Shown: positions 1 through 10,442 of the stretch, piece by piece
How positions within the stretch are numbered: position 1 is the first letter of the stretch
Layout: the number at the start of each line of letters is the position of its first letter
Source: an uncultured delta proteobacterium
GTDB lineage: Bacteria > Myxococcota_A > Polyangia > Fen-1088
Direction of reading: 5' to 3'
DNA length: 64,000 bases
NCBI GenBank assembly: GCA_963737265.1
Contig: CAVTRY010000002.1
Span: forward strand, 32,001-96,000
Notes under the pieces: generated by a model
The model's database searches: none
The model's input: only the letters and a program-made list of their open reading frames with translations
What the model was told of the DNA's origin: nothing
Position numbers and translations under genes: made by a program

Positions 1-2
1 AG

Positions 3-1709
3 TATTTCGCCTGGGTCAAGCGGCGCGTGACCCAGGACGAAAGCAAGGCCGTGCTCGCGCTCGGTCTGCCGGGCGTTGGCATGCGCAAAGAGCCGCGGCG
101 CGTTTACCCCAACGGCGAGCTGGCCGCGACCGTGGTCGGCCACGCCGGCCTCGACGGCCACGGCCTCGAAGGCGTGGAGCTGGGCTTCGACAAATCGCTG
201 TGCGGGACGGGAATGGAAATCGTCGGGGTGCACGATCGCCTAGGGCGCGACCTGCTTGTGGATGGCGTGGTGGATTCGTCGTCGTCGGCCGGCAAGGATT
301 TGGTGCTGAGCCTGGACCGCTATTTGACCTACGTCACCGAGCGCGCGCTGAGCGAGACGGTACAGAAGCACAACGCCAAGGCGGGCATGGCGGTGATGAT
401 CGATCCCGAGACCGGCGAAATTCTGGCCATGGCCAGCGTGCCGTCCTACAACCCCAACGATCCGTCGGACGCGGCCAGGCGCGGGGCACGCAACCGCACC
501 ATCGCCGATACCTTCGAGCCAGGCTCAACGCTCAAGACGTTCACCTTCGCGGCCGCGCTCAACGCCGGCAAAGTCAAGCCCGAAGACAAATTCGACTGCC
601 AGATGGGGCAGCTCATGATCGGGAAGTTCCACATTCGCGACGATCACCCCAAAGGCGTGCTGACGGCCGCCGAGGTGTTCAAGCATTCGAGCAACATCGG
701 CACTGTGAAGATCGCCCGGCGCATCGGCAAGGAAGCGCTGTGGAACGCGCTCAACCGCTTCGGCTTCGGCAGGCCGACCTACATGGGCTTGCCCGGGGAA
801 CGGCGCGGGATTCTTCGCCCCGTCTCTCGTTGGGGCGAGATTGACTTTGCCACGCATGCGTTTGGCCAAGGCTTGACGGTGACGCCGGTGCAGCTCGCGG
901 CCGGGTTCGCGGCCATTGCTGCCTACGGCATGTACCGTCCGCCTCTCCTGGCGCTGCACTACCTCGGCCCGGATGGCAAGCAAGAGCCGGTGGAACGCCC
1001 GGCCGAGGCACGCGGCGAAAGGCGCGTGATGTCCGAGAGCGCGGCGCGTACGCTGCTCGCCATCATGCAAGGCGTGACCGAGGACGGAACGGCCAAGGCC
1101 GCCGCAATCCCGGGCTACGCAGTGGCCGGCAAGACCGGCACGGCGCAGAAAGTTAGCAACGGTCGCTACGATCCGTCGAAGTTTCTTTCGTCCTTCGTCG
1201 GCATCGTGCCGGCCGACAATCCCCGGCTGGTCATCGCCGTGATGATCGACGAGCCGCAAGGGATCCACTACGGCGGCGTGGTCGCGGCGCCCGCGTTCAA
1301 AGCCATCGCCGAGGCGGCCTTGCGCTATCTCGGGGTGGCGCCGGTTTTCGCGCCGATGGCAAAGGCCGTCAAGGTCGCGCCGAAGCCGGCGCCGACGGAA
1401 GCCGAATCCGACGGGCCGGGCCTCGACGAGCCGGCATCGGTAGTGGCCAAGGAAGAGGACGGCGCGGACGGTGCGGCTTTGGCCGAGGAAGACGAATCGA
1501 TCGTCACGGGCGCAGACGGTGCGAGCACGTCGGTGGCCGTGCCCGATTTCACTGGGATGAGCATGGGCGAGGCCATCCGGGCCGCGCGCAAGGCTGGCGT
1601 GGAGCTGGTTCCCTCGGGAAGCGGCTTGGCCGCCAGCCAATCGCCCAAGCCCGGCTCGTTCGCGGCGGGCGCCCTTTGTCGCGTTTTCTTCCAGCGCGGA
1701 GGGGGCTAA
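3..1709 (+). CDS. ftsI: Cell division transpeptidase PBP3/FtsI with C-terminal PASTA-like domain (5'-truncated by window edge)
   Basis: SxxK (GSTLK), SxN (SSN) and KTG motifs; VPDFTGMS PASTA-like tail; upstream of murE; frame open from window start. Confidence 0.93.
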   Translation, partial: YFAWVKRRVTQDESKAVLALGLPGVGMRKEPRRVYPNGELAATVVGHAGLDGHGLEGVELGFDKSLCGTGMEIVGVHDRLGRDLLVDGVVDSSSSAGKDLVLSLDRYLTYVTERALSETVQKHNAKAGMAVMIDPETGEILAMASVPSYNPNDPSDAARRGARNRTIADTFEPGSTLKTFTFAAALNAGKVKPEDKFDCQMGQLMIGKFHIRDDHPKGVLTAAEVFKHSSNIGTVKIARRIGKEALWNALNRFGFGRPTYMGLPGERRGILRPVSRWGEIDFATHAFGQGLTVTPVQLAAGFAAIAAYGMYRPPLLALHYLGPDGKQEPVERPAEARGERRVMSESAARTLLAIMQGVTEDGTAKAAAIPGYAVAGKTGTAQKVSNGRYDPSKFLSSFVGIVPADNPRLVIAVMIDEPQGIHYGGVVAAPAFKAIAEAALRYLGVAPVFAPMAKAVKVAPKPAPTEAESDGPGLDEPASVVAKEEDGADGAALAEEDESIVTGADGASTSVAVPDFTGMSMGEAIRAARKAGVELVPSGSGLAASQSPKPGSFAAGALCRVFFQRGGG

Positions 1710-1717
1710 AGAGGGCC

Positions 1718-3242
1718 ATGTTGCGGCTTTCACATCTGCTCGCGCAATGTCGCCGGCGCGCGCATCGTGTTGGGCAGCGACGCCATGGAGGTAGGCGACG
1801 TCAAGGACGATTCCCGCCGCGTGGTCGCGGGCGATCTTTTCGTGGCCGTGCCTGGGACGAAACAGGACGGGCGCAAGTTCGTCGCCGAAGCGCTGGCCAA
1901 GGGCGCGGCGGCGATCTTGACCGAGGATGAGCAAGGCGTCGACGCCGACCTGGCGGCGCGGGCCGCGCTGATTGTGGTGCCAAGCGCACGGCGAGCCCTG
2001 GGCATCGTGGCGGCCAATCGCTTTGCGACGACCACCGGGCTGACCTTGACGGCGGTGACTGGCACCAACGGAAAAACTACCACGACCTATCTTGTCGAGG
2101 CCATCATGGCCGCGGCAGGGCGCAAGGCGGGCGTCATCGGAACGGTCGGTTATCGCTGTGGCGGCAGGCAGAAGGAGGCGTCGCTCACCACGCCAGGAGC
2201 GCTGGAGCTGCACGCCATGCTGGCCGAGATGAACCAGGGTGGTGCCAGCGATGTCGTGATGGAGGCGTCGTCCATCGCGCTCGATCAGGGCCGCTTGGCC
2301 GGTTGCCGGTTTCGCGTCGCCGCGCTTACCAATGTCACGCAGGATCACCTCGACTATCACGGCACGATGGAGCGTTACTTTGCGGCCAAGGCCATCTTGT
2401 TCCGCGAGCTGATGGCGTCGTCCGGCGTGGCCGTGTTCTTCGCCGACGATGCGCAGGGAACGGCGATGAGGCGCGAAGCCACCTGTCAGGTGCTCACCCT
2501 CAGTCGCGACGATCGCGGCGCCGACGTGGCGGTCCTCGACCGTCAACTCGGGCCCGACGGCATCCACCTGCGCCTCGGCACACCCGTAGGAACCATCGAC
2601 CTCGCCTCGCCACTGGTCGGGGATTTTAATTTGGCCAACATTCTGACCGCCGTCGGGATCGCGCTGGGACACGGGGTTTCGCCGAGCGCCATCGCCGCGG
2701 GTGTGGCGCGCCTACGTGGGGTTCCCGGCCGGCTCGAATCCGTGGCCAACGAGGCCGGCGTGCTGTGCGTGGTCGACTACGCACATACGCCGGATGCGCT
2801 CGAACGCGCCTTGGATGTCCTGCGACCGCTCGCCAGGGGACGGCTCATCTGCGTGTTCGGCTGCGGCGGCGACCGCGATCGCAGCAAGCGACCGCTGATG
2901 GGCGAGGCGGCCGCCAGGCGGGCGGACATCACGCTCGTGACGTCGGACAACCCGCGCACGGAGAAACCCGAGGCGATCATCGAGATGATTCTTACCGGCG
3001 TGCGCAGGGCGGGAAAGGCCGAGCGCTCGGCGGCCGAGCTGGCGCAAGGCCAGACGGGATTTCACGTTGAGCCCGACCGCTCGAGGGCGATTTCGCGCGC
3101 GGTGGCCCTGGCGAAGCTCGGGGACGTAGTCTTGCTGGCAGGCAAGGGGCACGAGGACTACCAGATCATCGGCACCGACAAGATGCACTTCGACGATCGG
3201 GAAATCGCGTCCGCCGCCTTCGCGGCTCGGAGGGGCGCGTGA
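1718..3242 (+). CDS. murE: UDP-N-acetylmuramoyl-tripeptide synthetase MurE; apparent +1 frameshift near 1745 (main ORF 1767..3242)
   Basis: TGTNGKTTT, DYAHTPD, GCGGDRD, DNPR and GKGHE motifs; ATG 1718 gives an MLRLSHLLA N-terminus in a different frame. Confidence 0.93.
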
Positions 3243-4675
3243 CCTTTGCCAACCCACTGCCAAAATCCCGGCCGCTTGCTTGGGCGTGCGTAGCGATGGG
3301 CGGAACCATGCTTGCCCAGGTCGGCGACGACGTGACCTTCGTCGGCGTGGCTACCGACAGCCGCGCTGTGAAACCTGGCCGGCTCTTCTTTGCTCTGCTG
3401 GGCGAACGGGTCGACGGTTTCGACTATTGTTCGACGGCGGCAGCGGCCGGTGCGGCGGCTGTTGTGGTCGCGGCTGCCCAGGGGCGGCCTGCCGGGTGCG
3501 ACGGCATACCCGTGATTGCGGTCGCCGATGTTCGCCGCGCGCTCGGCGATCTGGCGCGTGCCGTGCGCGCGTGCTTCCACGGCCGGGTCGTCGGGGTCAC
3601 TGGTTCCAACGGTAAGACCACCACCAAGGAGCTTATTGCCGCCGCGCTCGGCGTGGCTGGCACGGTCCTGCGCACCCAGGGGAACTTGAACACCGATGTC
3701 GGCTTGCCCATGACAGTGCTGGAATCGACAGAGGCGGAAGACTTCTGGGTCTTGGAGATGGCGATGCGGGCGCGCGGCGAAATCGCCTACCTGGCTGACA
3801 TCGCCAAGCCGCACGTCGGGGTCGTCACCAATGTGGCCGCGGCGCACCTCGAACGCTTGGGCACGGTCGACGAGGTGGCGCGTGCTAAGGGCGAGATCTT
3901 CCATGCCCTGGCCAGAGACGGCGTCGCCGTGATGCCCGCCGACGATGAGCGCATCGAGCGCGAGGCCCGGCACCTGGCCGAGAATCGCAAGCTGCGCTTC
4001 GCTTTTTCGGGGTCGCGGCCGACGCCAGCACATGTGCGAATCCTGGAATTGACGCCCGACGGTCCCAAGGGATCGGTGATTCGCCTTTCGGTGGGCAGCA
4101 CACCGCTGGTGTTGCGGCTGCCGCTGGCCGGCGAGCACAACGCGCGCAACGCCGCCGCGGCTCTGGCCGTGGTTTCGGCGTTCTCGCTTCCGCTTGTCGC
4201 CGCGTGTGCCGCTCTCGAAACAGCTGTTCTGCCTCCGCACCGTTCGCGCCTGCACGCCTTCGCCGGGCGCAACGTGATGGACGACTGCTACAACGCCAAT
4301 CCCGATTCCATGCAGGCAGCGCTGCGCGCGGTGGCGGCTTCCGCGAGCTCATCCCAGCGCGCTTTCGCGATTCTGGGCGACATGCTGGAGCTTGGCCCGC
4401 AAGCCGCCGATCAGCACCGAGAGCTCGGCCGGGAAGTCGCCCGTCTGGGATTTGCGGGCCTGGCCACCGTGGGCGAGCTGGCAGCCCACACGGCAACGGG
4501 AGCGAAGGCCGGCGGCGTGGCTGCGAACCGCGTCCTGGCAACCATGGACCCCGACGTTGCGGCGGCTGCCATCGCCGAATGGTCCAAACCGGGCGACTGG
4601 GTGCTGGTCAAGGCGTCACGCGGATTGCGACTCGAACGCGCGCTCGAAGCGCTGGAAAAGAAATTGGGAAGCTAG
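3239..4675 (+). CDS. murF: UDP-N-acetylmuramoyl-tripeptide--D-Ala-D-Ala ligase
   Basis: TGSNGKTTTKE, DCYNANPDS, LGDMLELG and KASRG motifs; GTGA overlap with murE. Confidence 0.95.
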   Translation: MTFANPLPKSRPLAWACVAMGGTMLAQVGDDVTFVGVATDSRAVKPGRLFFALLGERVDGFDYCSTAAAAGAAAVVVAAAQGRPAGCDGIPVIAVADVRRALGDLARAVRACFHGRVVGVTGSNGKTTTKELIAAALGVAGTVLRTQGNLNTDVGLPMTVLESTEAEDFWVLEMAMRARGEIAYLADIAKPHVGVVTNVAAAHLERLGTVDEVARAKGEIFHALARDGVAVMPADDERIEREARHLAENRKLRFAFSGSRPTPAHVRILELTPDGPKGSVIRLSVGSTPLVLRLPLAGEHNARNAAAALAVVSAFSLPLVAACAALETAVLPPHRSRLHAFAGRNVMDDCYNANPDSMQAALRAVAASASSSQRAFAILGDMLELGPQAADQHRELGREVARLGFAGLATVGELAAHTATGAKAGGVAANRVLATMDPDVAAAAIAEWSKPGDWVLVKASRGLRLERALEALEKKLGS

Positions 4676-4678
4676 GCC

Positions 4679-5794
4679 ATGTTGTTTCACTTGTTCCAGC
4701 GGCTGCGCGGCGAATTCGGCGCTTTCAACGTCTTCCGTTACGTGTCCACGCGGACCATGCTCTCCACGCTCACGTCGTTGCTCATCACCCTGGTGGTGGC
4801 GCCGTGGTTCATTCGGCGGGCACGCGCCCGCCAGCTCGGCGAGATCATCAGGGACGACGGGCCGGCCGGTCACGCCAGCAAGCAGGGAACGCCGACAATG
4901 GGCGGCGCGCTCATCATCATGGCGCTGGTCACCGGTACCGTGCTGTGGTGCGATTTGACGAGCCCTCTCGTGTGGCCAGCCCTGTTCGTGACCGTGGGCT
5001 ACGGCGCGCTCGGATTCGTCGACGACTACTTGAAAATCGCCAAGAAGAACAAGCGCGGCGTGCCGGGCAAGCTCAAGCTGCTAGCGCAATTCATCATCGG
5101 CGGCGTGGCGGTGGCGTGGCTTTTCTACGGCGGCGGGCTGGCGCCCGAGATCAGCGACCGCCTTGCCGTACCGCTGCTCAATTTCGACCACCATGCGATT
5201 CGAATTCCGCTCCTTGTCTATTCCCTGGTCGGCCTCGTTCTGGTGGTGATGGGCTGTTCCAACGGCGTGAACCTGACCGACGGTCTCGATGGCTTGGCCA
5301 TCGGGCCCGTGATTGTTTCCGCCTTCACCTACATGTTGCTTTGCTATGCTGCCGGCCAAACGTTGGCGGGTTTCAACATCGCGCACTACCTCGGCATGGC
5401 GCACGTCCGTGGTGCTGGCGAGCTGGCGGTGTTCTGCGGTGCGATCGGCGGCGCCGGCATCGGCTTCCTTTGGTACAATACCCATCCCGCGCAGGTGTTC
5501 ATGGGCGACGTCGGCGCCCTGGCGCTGGGCGGAGCCATCGGTTTCGTGGCCCTCGCCACCAAGACCGAGCTGTCGCTGCCCGTGATTGGCGGGATTTTCG
5601 TCGTCGAGGGGCTTTCCGACATCATCCAGGTCGGCTACTACAAGGCGACCAAGCGCCGCATCTTCCTGATGGCGCCCATCCACCACCACTTCGAGAAAAA
5701 GGGCTGGCCCGAATCCCGCATCGTGGTGCGTTTCTGGATTGTTTCCTTTTTCTGCGCCATCGTTGGGCTGCTTCTGACCTTGAAAGTTCGTTGA
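4679..5794 (+). CDS. mraY: Phospho-N-acetylmuramoyl-pentapeptide transferase
   Basis: KQGTPTMGG, NLTDGLDGL, FMGDVG and MAPIHHHFE motifs; multi-TM. Confidence 0.97.
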   Translation: MLFHLFQRLRGEFGAFNVFRYVSTRTMLSTLTSLLITLVVAPWFIRRARARQLGEIIRDDGPAGHASKQGTPTMGGALIIMALVTGTVLWCDLTSPLVWPALFVTVGYGALGFVDDYLKIAKKNKRGVPGKLKLLAQFIIGGVAVAWLFYGGGLAPEISDRLAVPLLNFDHHAIRIPLLVYSLVGLVLVVMGCSNGVNLTDGLDGLAIGPVIVSAFTYMLLCYAAGQTLAGFNIAHYLGMAHVRGAGELAVFCGAIGGAGIGFLWYNTHPAQVFMGDVGALALGGAIGFVALATKTELSLPVIGGIFVVEGLSDIIQVGYYKATKRRIFLMAPIHHHFEKKGWPESRIVVRFWIVSFFCAIVGLLLTLKVR

Positions 5795-5804
5795 GTCTTT
5801 GGTG

Positions 5805-7211
5805 ATGCAAAATTCCCAGCGCGATCTGGCCGGCAAACGCATACTGGTGGTGGGCCTTGGCCGATCCGGGATCGCGGCGGCGCGCCTGTGCGCCAACCAG
5901 GGCGCGCGCGTCACCGTGAACGACGCCAAGCCGGCCGGCGAGTTGCGGGCCGAGCTGGTGCAGTTGCCCGCCGGGGTGCGCGCGGAGCTAGGCGGCCATC
6001 GCGCCGAGACCTTTCAAGCGCAGGACATGATCGTGCTTTCGCCAGGCGTGCCGCCGTTGCCCGCGATCGAAGCCGCCCGCGCCAGCGGGGTCTTCGTCAC
6101 CGGCGAGCTGGAGCTGGCGTCGTGGTTCATCGAATCGACCATCGTCGCCATCACCGGCACCAACGGAAAATCCACGACCACCACCTTGTGCGGCGCCATT
6201 CTAGGCGCCAATGGTCGGCCGACCTTCGTGGGTGGCAACCTGGGCACGCCGCTGTCCGAAGCCGTGGGCACGCAGGCCGCGCGTCCGGGCGGAAACTGCG
6301 TGGTCGAAGTGTCGAGCTTTCAGCTCGAAACCGTGCGCACGTTTCGGCCGCAGGTTGCCGTCCTGCTCAACATTACGCCCGACCATCTCGACCGCTACCC
6401 CGATTTTTCGCGCTACATCGCGGCCAAGCAGCGCGTGTTCGAGGCCCAGACCGCGTCGGACTTCGCCGTTGTCAACATCGACGACCCCAACGTGGAAATC
6501 GCCGCCCGCCGAATTCAGAGTCGCTGTGTCCTGATTTCCACGCACCGGGCGCTCGGCGTCGGCGGCTGGGTCGAGGGCGATTCGCTGTGTGTCCGCCTGC
6601 CCGGCGGTCCGATGGAATACTATCCCGCGCTGCTGCCGGGGCTGGTGGGCCGCCACAACCACGAGAATGCGCTCGCCGCGCTCATCGCCGCCCGCCTGCT
6701 TGGTGCCTTGCCGTCCGAGGCGCGTCTGGCGCTGGTCGCCTTCCGCCCGCTTGCCCATCGCATGGAGCTGGTAGGCAACTTCAACGACATCGAGTTTTAC
6801 GACGATTCCAAAGGCACCAACGTCGGCGCTGTGGTCGCAGCCTTGGACGGATTTCCCCGCCGCGTGGTGCTCATCGCGGGCGGCAAGGACAAGGGCGGAT
6901 TCTACGCGCCGCTTGCCGAGGTTATGCGCAAGTCGGGTCGGGCCGCGGTGCTTATCGGCGAAGCGGCGCCCAAGATGCGCGAGGCGCTGGCCCCGGTCGT
7001 GCCGGTGGAAATCGCCGCCACCATGGCAGAGGCCGTCGACCTGGCCGCCGGCCTCGCCCAACGCGGAGATGCGGTGGTGCTGTCACCGGCGTGTTCCAGC
7101 TTCGACATGTTTCGCGACTACGCCCACCGCGCCGAGGCGTTTCGCGCCGCGGTTCACGAGGTGATTTCCAGCACCTCGGACAAGATCCCGCTCGATCCGG
7201 AGGTGGATTGA
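5805..7211 (+). CDS. murD: UDP-N-acetylmuramoyl-L-alanine--D-glutamate ligase
   Basis: GLGRSG, ITGTNGKSTTT, EVSSFQL, DDSKGTN and LSPACSSFDMF motifs. Confidence 0.96.
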   Translation: MQNSQRDLAGKRILVVGLGRSGIAAARLCANQGARVTVNDAKPAGELRAELVQLPAGVRAELGGHRAETFQAQDMIVLSPGVPPLPAIEAARASGVFVTGELELASWFIESTIVAITGTNGKSTTTTLCGAILGANGRPTFVGGNLGTPLSEAVGTQAARPGGNCVVEVSSFQLETVRTFRPQVAVLLNITPDHLDRYPDFSRYIAAKQRVFEAQTASDFAVVNIDDPNVEIAARRIQSRCVLISTHRALGVGGWVEGDSLCVRLPGGPMEYYPALLPGLVGRHNHENALAALIAARLLGALPSEARLALVAFRPLAHRMELVGNFNDIEFYDDSKGTNVGAVVAALDGFPRRVVLIAGGKDKGGFYAPLAEVMRKSGRAAVLIGEAAPKMREALAPVVPVEIAATMAEAVDLAAGLAQRGDAVVLSPACSSFDMFRDYAHRAEAFRAAVHEVISSTSDKIPLDPEVD

Positions 7212-8479
7212 TGGGCCTGCGCGAGCGTATTCTCTCCTGGCGGCCGAGACGCAAGCGCGACCTGCGCGCGGAGCTTGGCGAGGCGTCGGCGGCCGACGGA
7301 CCGGACTTGCTGCTGGTGGCAGCGGTGCTGGCGCTGACCGGCTTTGGCGCCGTGATGGTGTTCTCGGCCGGCGCCGTGTTCGCAGCCAAGACCTACGGCG
7401 ATTGGACCTACTTTCTCAAACGCGAGGCGATCTACGCCGGCGCGGGGCTGCTGGCCTTCCTGGTAAGCTCGCGCCTCGACTATTCGGTGTATCGAAAGAT
7501 TACCTATCCGCTCCTTTTTCTTGCGGTGGCGCTGCTGGCGGCGGTCTTGAAGCTCGGGCCGGCCATCAACGGGGCCGTACGCTGGTTTCGCTTGGGCCCC
7601 CTGTCGTTCCAGCCGTCCGAATTGGCCAAGTTCGCGCTCGCGCTTTACCTCGCGGTGCTGCTGGTGCGCAAGGCGGAGAAGGTGCGCGACTTTTCCATGG
7701 GCTTTTTGCCGCCGCTGCTCATGACCGGGGTGTTTCTCGGGCTTCTGCTCAAGCAGCCCGATCTTGGAACCGCGGTCATCATCGGCGTCACCGCGCTCGG
7801 GCTGCTGTTCGTGGCCGGTACGCGCACGAGCTACATCTTGCTGTCCGTGCTCATCGCCGCACCCGTGGGCTGGAAGGTGTTCATCACCGGCGAGTCGTGG
7901 CGCATGAAGCGCCTGCTGGCGTTTCTCTATCCTTGGCAATACCGCCGCGACACCGGCTACCAGCTCTACGAGTCGCTCATCAGTGTCGGCTCGGGCGGCG
8001 TGTGGGGGCAGGGCTTAGGCCAAGGGCACCAGAAGCTGTTTTTCTTGCCCGAGGCGCACACGGATTTCATCCTCGCCGTCGTGGGCGAAGAGCTGGGGTT
8101 GGTCGGCATGCTGGCCGTGCTGGCGACCTTCGCCGTGCTGGTGTGGCGCGGGCTGCGCGCGTCCATACGTGCGCGCGACCCCTACGGCTGCTACCTGGCC
8201 TTCGGCATCACCTGCCTGTTCGGGCTGCAAACCATCGTCAACATGTGTGTCGTGCTGGGACTGCTGCCGACCAAGGGCCTGCCGTTGCCGTTCGTCAGCT
8301 ACGGCGGCACCTCGCTTGTCATGAGCCTGTTCATGGCCGGCGTGCTGGTCAACATCTCGGCGCGCGCGCCGGAGCCGTCGCGCATGACCTTGTGGCAATC
8401 GCTGCGTGCGGTACGCAGCAAATCCAAGAACCGGCGCAACGACGCGGCCGACGTGCGGGTCGTGGTCGAGGTCCGCTGA
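7211..8479 (+). CDS. ftsW: SEDS peptidoglycan polymerase FtsW
   Basis: FQPSELAK, QPDLGT, LPEAHTDF and LPFVSYGGTS motifs; ATG 7211 overlaps the murD stop. Confidence 0.95.
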   Translation: MGLRERILSWRPRRKRDLRAELGEASAADGPDLLLVAAVLALTGFGAVMVFSAGAVFAAKTYGDWTYFLKREAIYAGAGLLAFLVSSRLDYSVYRKITYPLLFLAVALLAAVLKLGPAINGAVRWFRLGPLSFQPSELAKFALALYLAVLLVRKAEKVRDFSMGFLPPLLMTGVFLGLLLKQPDLGTAVIIGVTALGLLFVAGTRTSYILLSVLIAAPVGWKVFITGESWRMKRLLAFLYPWQYRRDTGYQLYESLISVGSGGVWGQGLGQGHQKLFFLPEAHTDFILAVVGEELGLVGMLAVLATFAVLVWRGLRASIRARDPYGCYLAFGITCLFGLQTIVNMCVVLGLLPTKGLPLPFVSYGGTSLVMSLFMAGVLVNISARAPEPSRMTLWQSLRAVRSKSKNRRNDAADVRVVVEVR

Positions 8480-8480
8480 C

Positions 8481-9605
8481 GTGCGCTTGCTGGTTGCGGG
8501 CGGCGGAACTGGCGGTCACCTTTTTCCGGGCATCGCCATCGCCGACGAGGTTGTTCGGCGCGGCGGCGGCGAGGTGCTCTTCGTGGGCACCAGCCGTGGC
8601 ATCGAGACCCGCGCCGTGCCAGCCGCTGGCTATGCGCTGGAGACGCTGACGGTGAGCGGGCTCAAGCGCATGGGCCTTGCCGGCACCCTGCGTGGCCTGT
8701 TTCGTCTGCCCGTGGCCATGGCCAAGTCGCTGTCGATTCTGCGACGGTTTCGGCCCGACATCGTGGTGGGCGTGGGCGGCTATGCCTCGGGACCGATGGT
8801 GCTGGCGGCAGCTCTTTCGGGCTATCCGACCGCTATCCAGGAACAGAACAGCGTGCCGGGCATCACCAATCGGATTTTGGGCAAGCTGGTTTCTGCCGTG
8901 TTCATCGCGTTCGAAGACGCCGCCGGTTTTTTCCCCGGGCGGAAGATCGAACGCCTCGGCAATCCCGTGCGGCGAGCGATCGTGACCGCCTTGGAGCGCG
9001 CGCGCGGCGAGACGCTGGCGGCGGACAAGCTGCGCATCCTCGTGGTCGGCGGCAGCCAGGGCGCGCGCGCCGTCAGCGACCTGGTCATGTCCGCCGCCGC
9101 GATCCTCGCCGGCAGGGGCTTGGACTTTTCGCTGGTTCATCAGACTGGAAGCGCGGATCTCGAACGCGCCGAGGAACGCTATCGATCACTCGGGCTAGCT
9201 GGCTGTGTCAACGTTCGGCCGTTCATCGAGGACATGGCCACGGCGTATGCGCAAGCGGATGTCGTGGTCGCGCGCGCCGGCGCCCTGACCTTGGCCGAGC
9301 TGGCGATCGCCAGCAAGCCGGCACTTCTGATCCCGCTTCCCACCGCGGCGGACGACCACCAGAGCAAGAACGCCGCGCGCTTTGCCGGGGCTGGCGCGGC
9401 GTTGGTGCTGAATCAACGAACCGCCAGCGCCGAAGATCTGGCGACGACGCTCGGCGAGCTGGCCCAGGATCGCCCTAGGCGCGCCGGGATGAGCGCGGCC
9501 ATGCACGATCTCGCACGGCCGCAAGCAGCATCGGCCATCGTCGACCGCCTGGAGGCGATGTGCAAAGAGAAAGGGCGTGTCAGTCTCGGACCAACACGCC
9601 CTTGA
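8481..9605 (+). CDS. murG: Undecaprenyl-PP-MurNAc-pentapeptide GlcNAc transferase
   Basis: GGGTGGHLFP, EQNSVPG, GGSQGA and ARAGALT motifs; GTG start at 8481. Confidence 0.96.
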   Translation: MRLLVAGGGTGGHLFPGIAIADEVVRRGGGEVLFVGTSRGIETRAVPAAGYALETLTVSGLKRMGLAGTLRGLFRLPVAMAKSLSILRRFRPDIVVGVGGYASGPMVLAAALSGYPTAIQEQNSVPGITNRILGKLVSAVFIAFEDAAGFFPGRKIERLGNPVRRAIVTALERARGETLAADKLRILVVGGSQGARAVSDLVMSAAAILAGRGLDFSLVHQTGSADLERAEERYRSLGLAGCVNVRPFIEDMATAYAQADVVVARAGALTLAELAIASKPALLIPLPTAADDHQSKNAARFAGAGAALVLNQRTASAEDLATTLGELAQDRPRRAGMSAAMHDLARPQAASAIVDRLEAMCKEKGRVSLGPTRP

Positions 9606-9625
9606 GCGTTTCGCAGAACCGCCGG

Positions 9626-10303
9626 CTAGTCAGTGTAGAACATGAGCGAGGCGAGGTAGTTGAGGGGCGCCACTGTCGGTGCGGATTTGGAGGAATCGAC
9701 ACCAAATAGACCCAAGGTATAGGTGCTGCCGCTCTTCTGGTACGAAAGGAAATTGGTGTTGAGCGCGATGCCCACGGAGAACCAGCGCGCAAAGAAGTGT
9801 TCCACCCCGGCCTGTATCGGAATGGTGATCCCAATCGCGGTGTTTGCGGTGTCGTCTGTGCCGGTATTCTTGTGGAAGCTGAGGCCCAACCCCGCGCCAA
9901 CGCTGAGGCGGGTCGATGTCGACTTCCAGGGAACGTAGGCGACAAGAGCTTGTGGGCTGAAGTTCCAAGCGGTGGGGCCGCCGCCGCTGCCTTTGGCAAC
10001 GGCGAGGGTGAGGGACGGCACGACTGCGAGGACATCACTGAGCCAGTACTTGAGAATGAGGAGTTCGCTGGGCTTGACGAGGTCGGTTCCAGCCGCAACC
10101 CCGGTGCCGAAACCGACCGCTCCGGTCATGTCGTCTGTGGCCCTGGGGCCCATCAAGGGTGCCGCCGGAATTACCGCAGCTTCGGTGCCAGGCGCCACGG
10201 CGGGTGCCGGAGCGATGGGGGCTTGAGCCAAGGCGGGCATGGCAGCACCGAGGATCGATGCCAGAGCTGTCGATGCGATGAAGTAGATTTTGGTTCGGGT
10301 CAT
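9626..10303 (-). CDS. Putative outer-membrane beta-barrel protein
   Basis: Signal peptide (ALA-Q), alternating amphipathic strands, GVEHFF motif, aromatic C-terminus (MFYTD); SD AAGGAA. Confidence 0.65.
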   Translation of the reverse strand: MTRTKIYFIASTALASILGAAMPALAQAPIAPAPAVAPGTEAAVIPAAPLMGPRATDDMTGAVGFGTGVAAGTDLVKPSELLILKYWLSDVLAVVPSLTLAVAKGSGGGPTAWNFSPQALVAYVPWKSTSTRLSVGAGLGLSFHKNTGTDDTANTAIGITIPIQAGVEHFFARWFSVGIALNTNFLSYQKSGSTYTLGLFGVDSSKSAPTVAPLNYLASLMFYTD

Positions 10304-10442
10304 GTTTGATTTCCTTCTTTTGGTTGATGAGTTGAGTCTTGCGGGTGCCGACGGTGCGGCAATGTGTCCTACACCAACACACATATGTAATTTCTAGCCT
10401 GATTCCTTGTATCTGTCACGTTTCTACACTGGCGCGTCGTGT

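Noticed and set aside
525-2672. Long antisense ORFs (also 13337..15127, 24572..26026, 57663..59357)
   Set aside because: Shadow ORFs expected in high-GC coding DNA opposite well-supported genes.
5888-8479. 863-aa FtsW fusion in the ORF track
   Set aside because: The upstream part is an off-frame shadow of murD; the real start is 7211.
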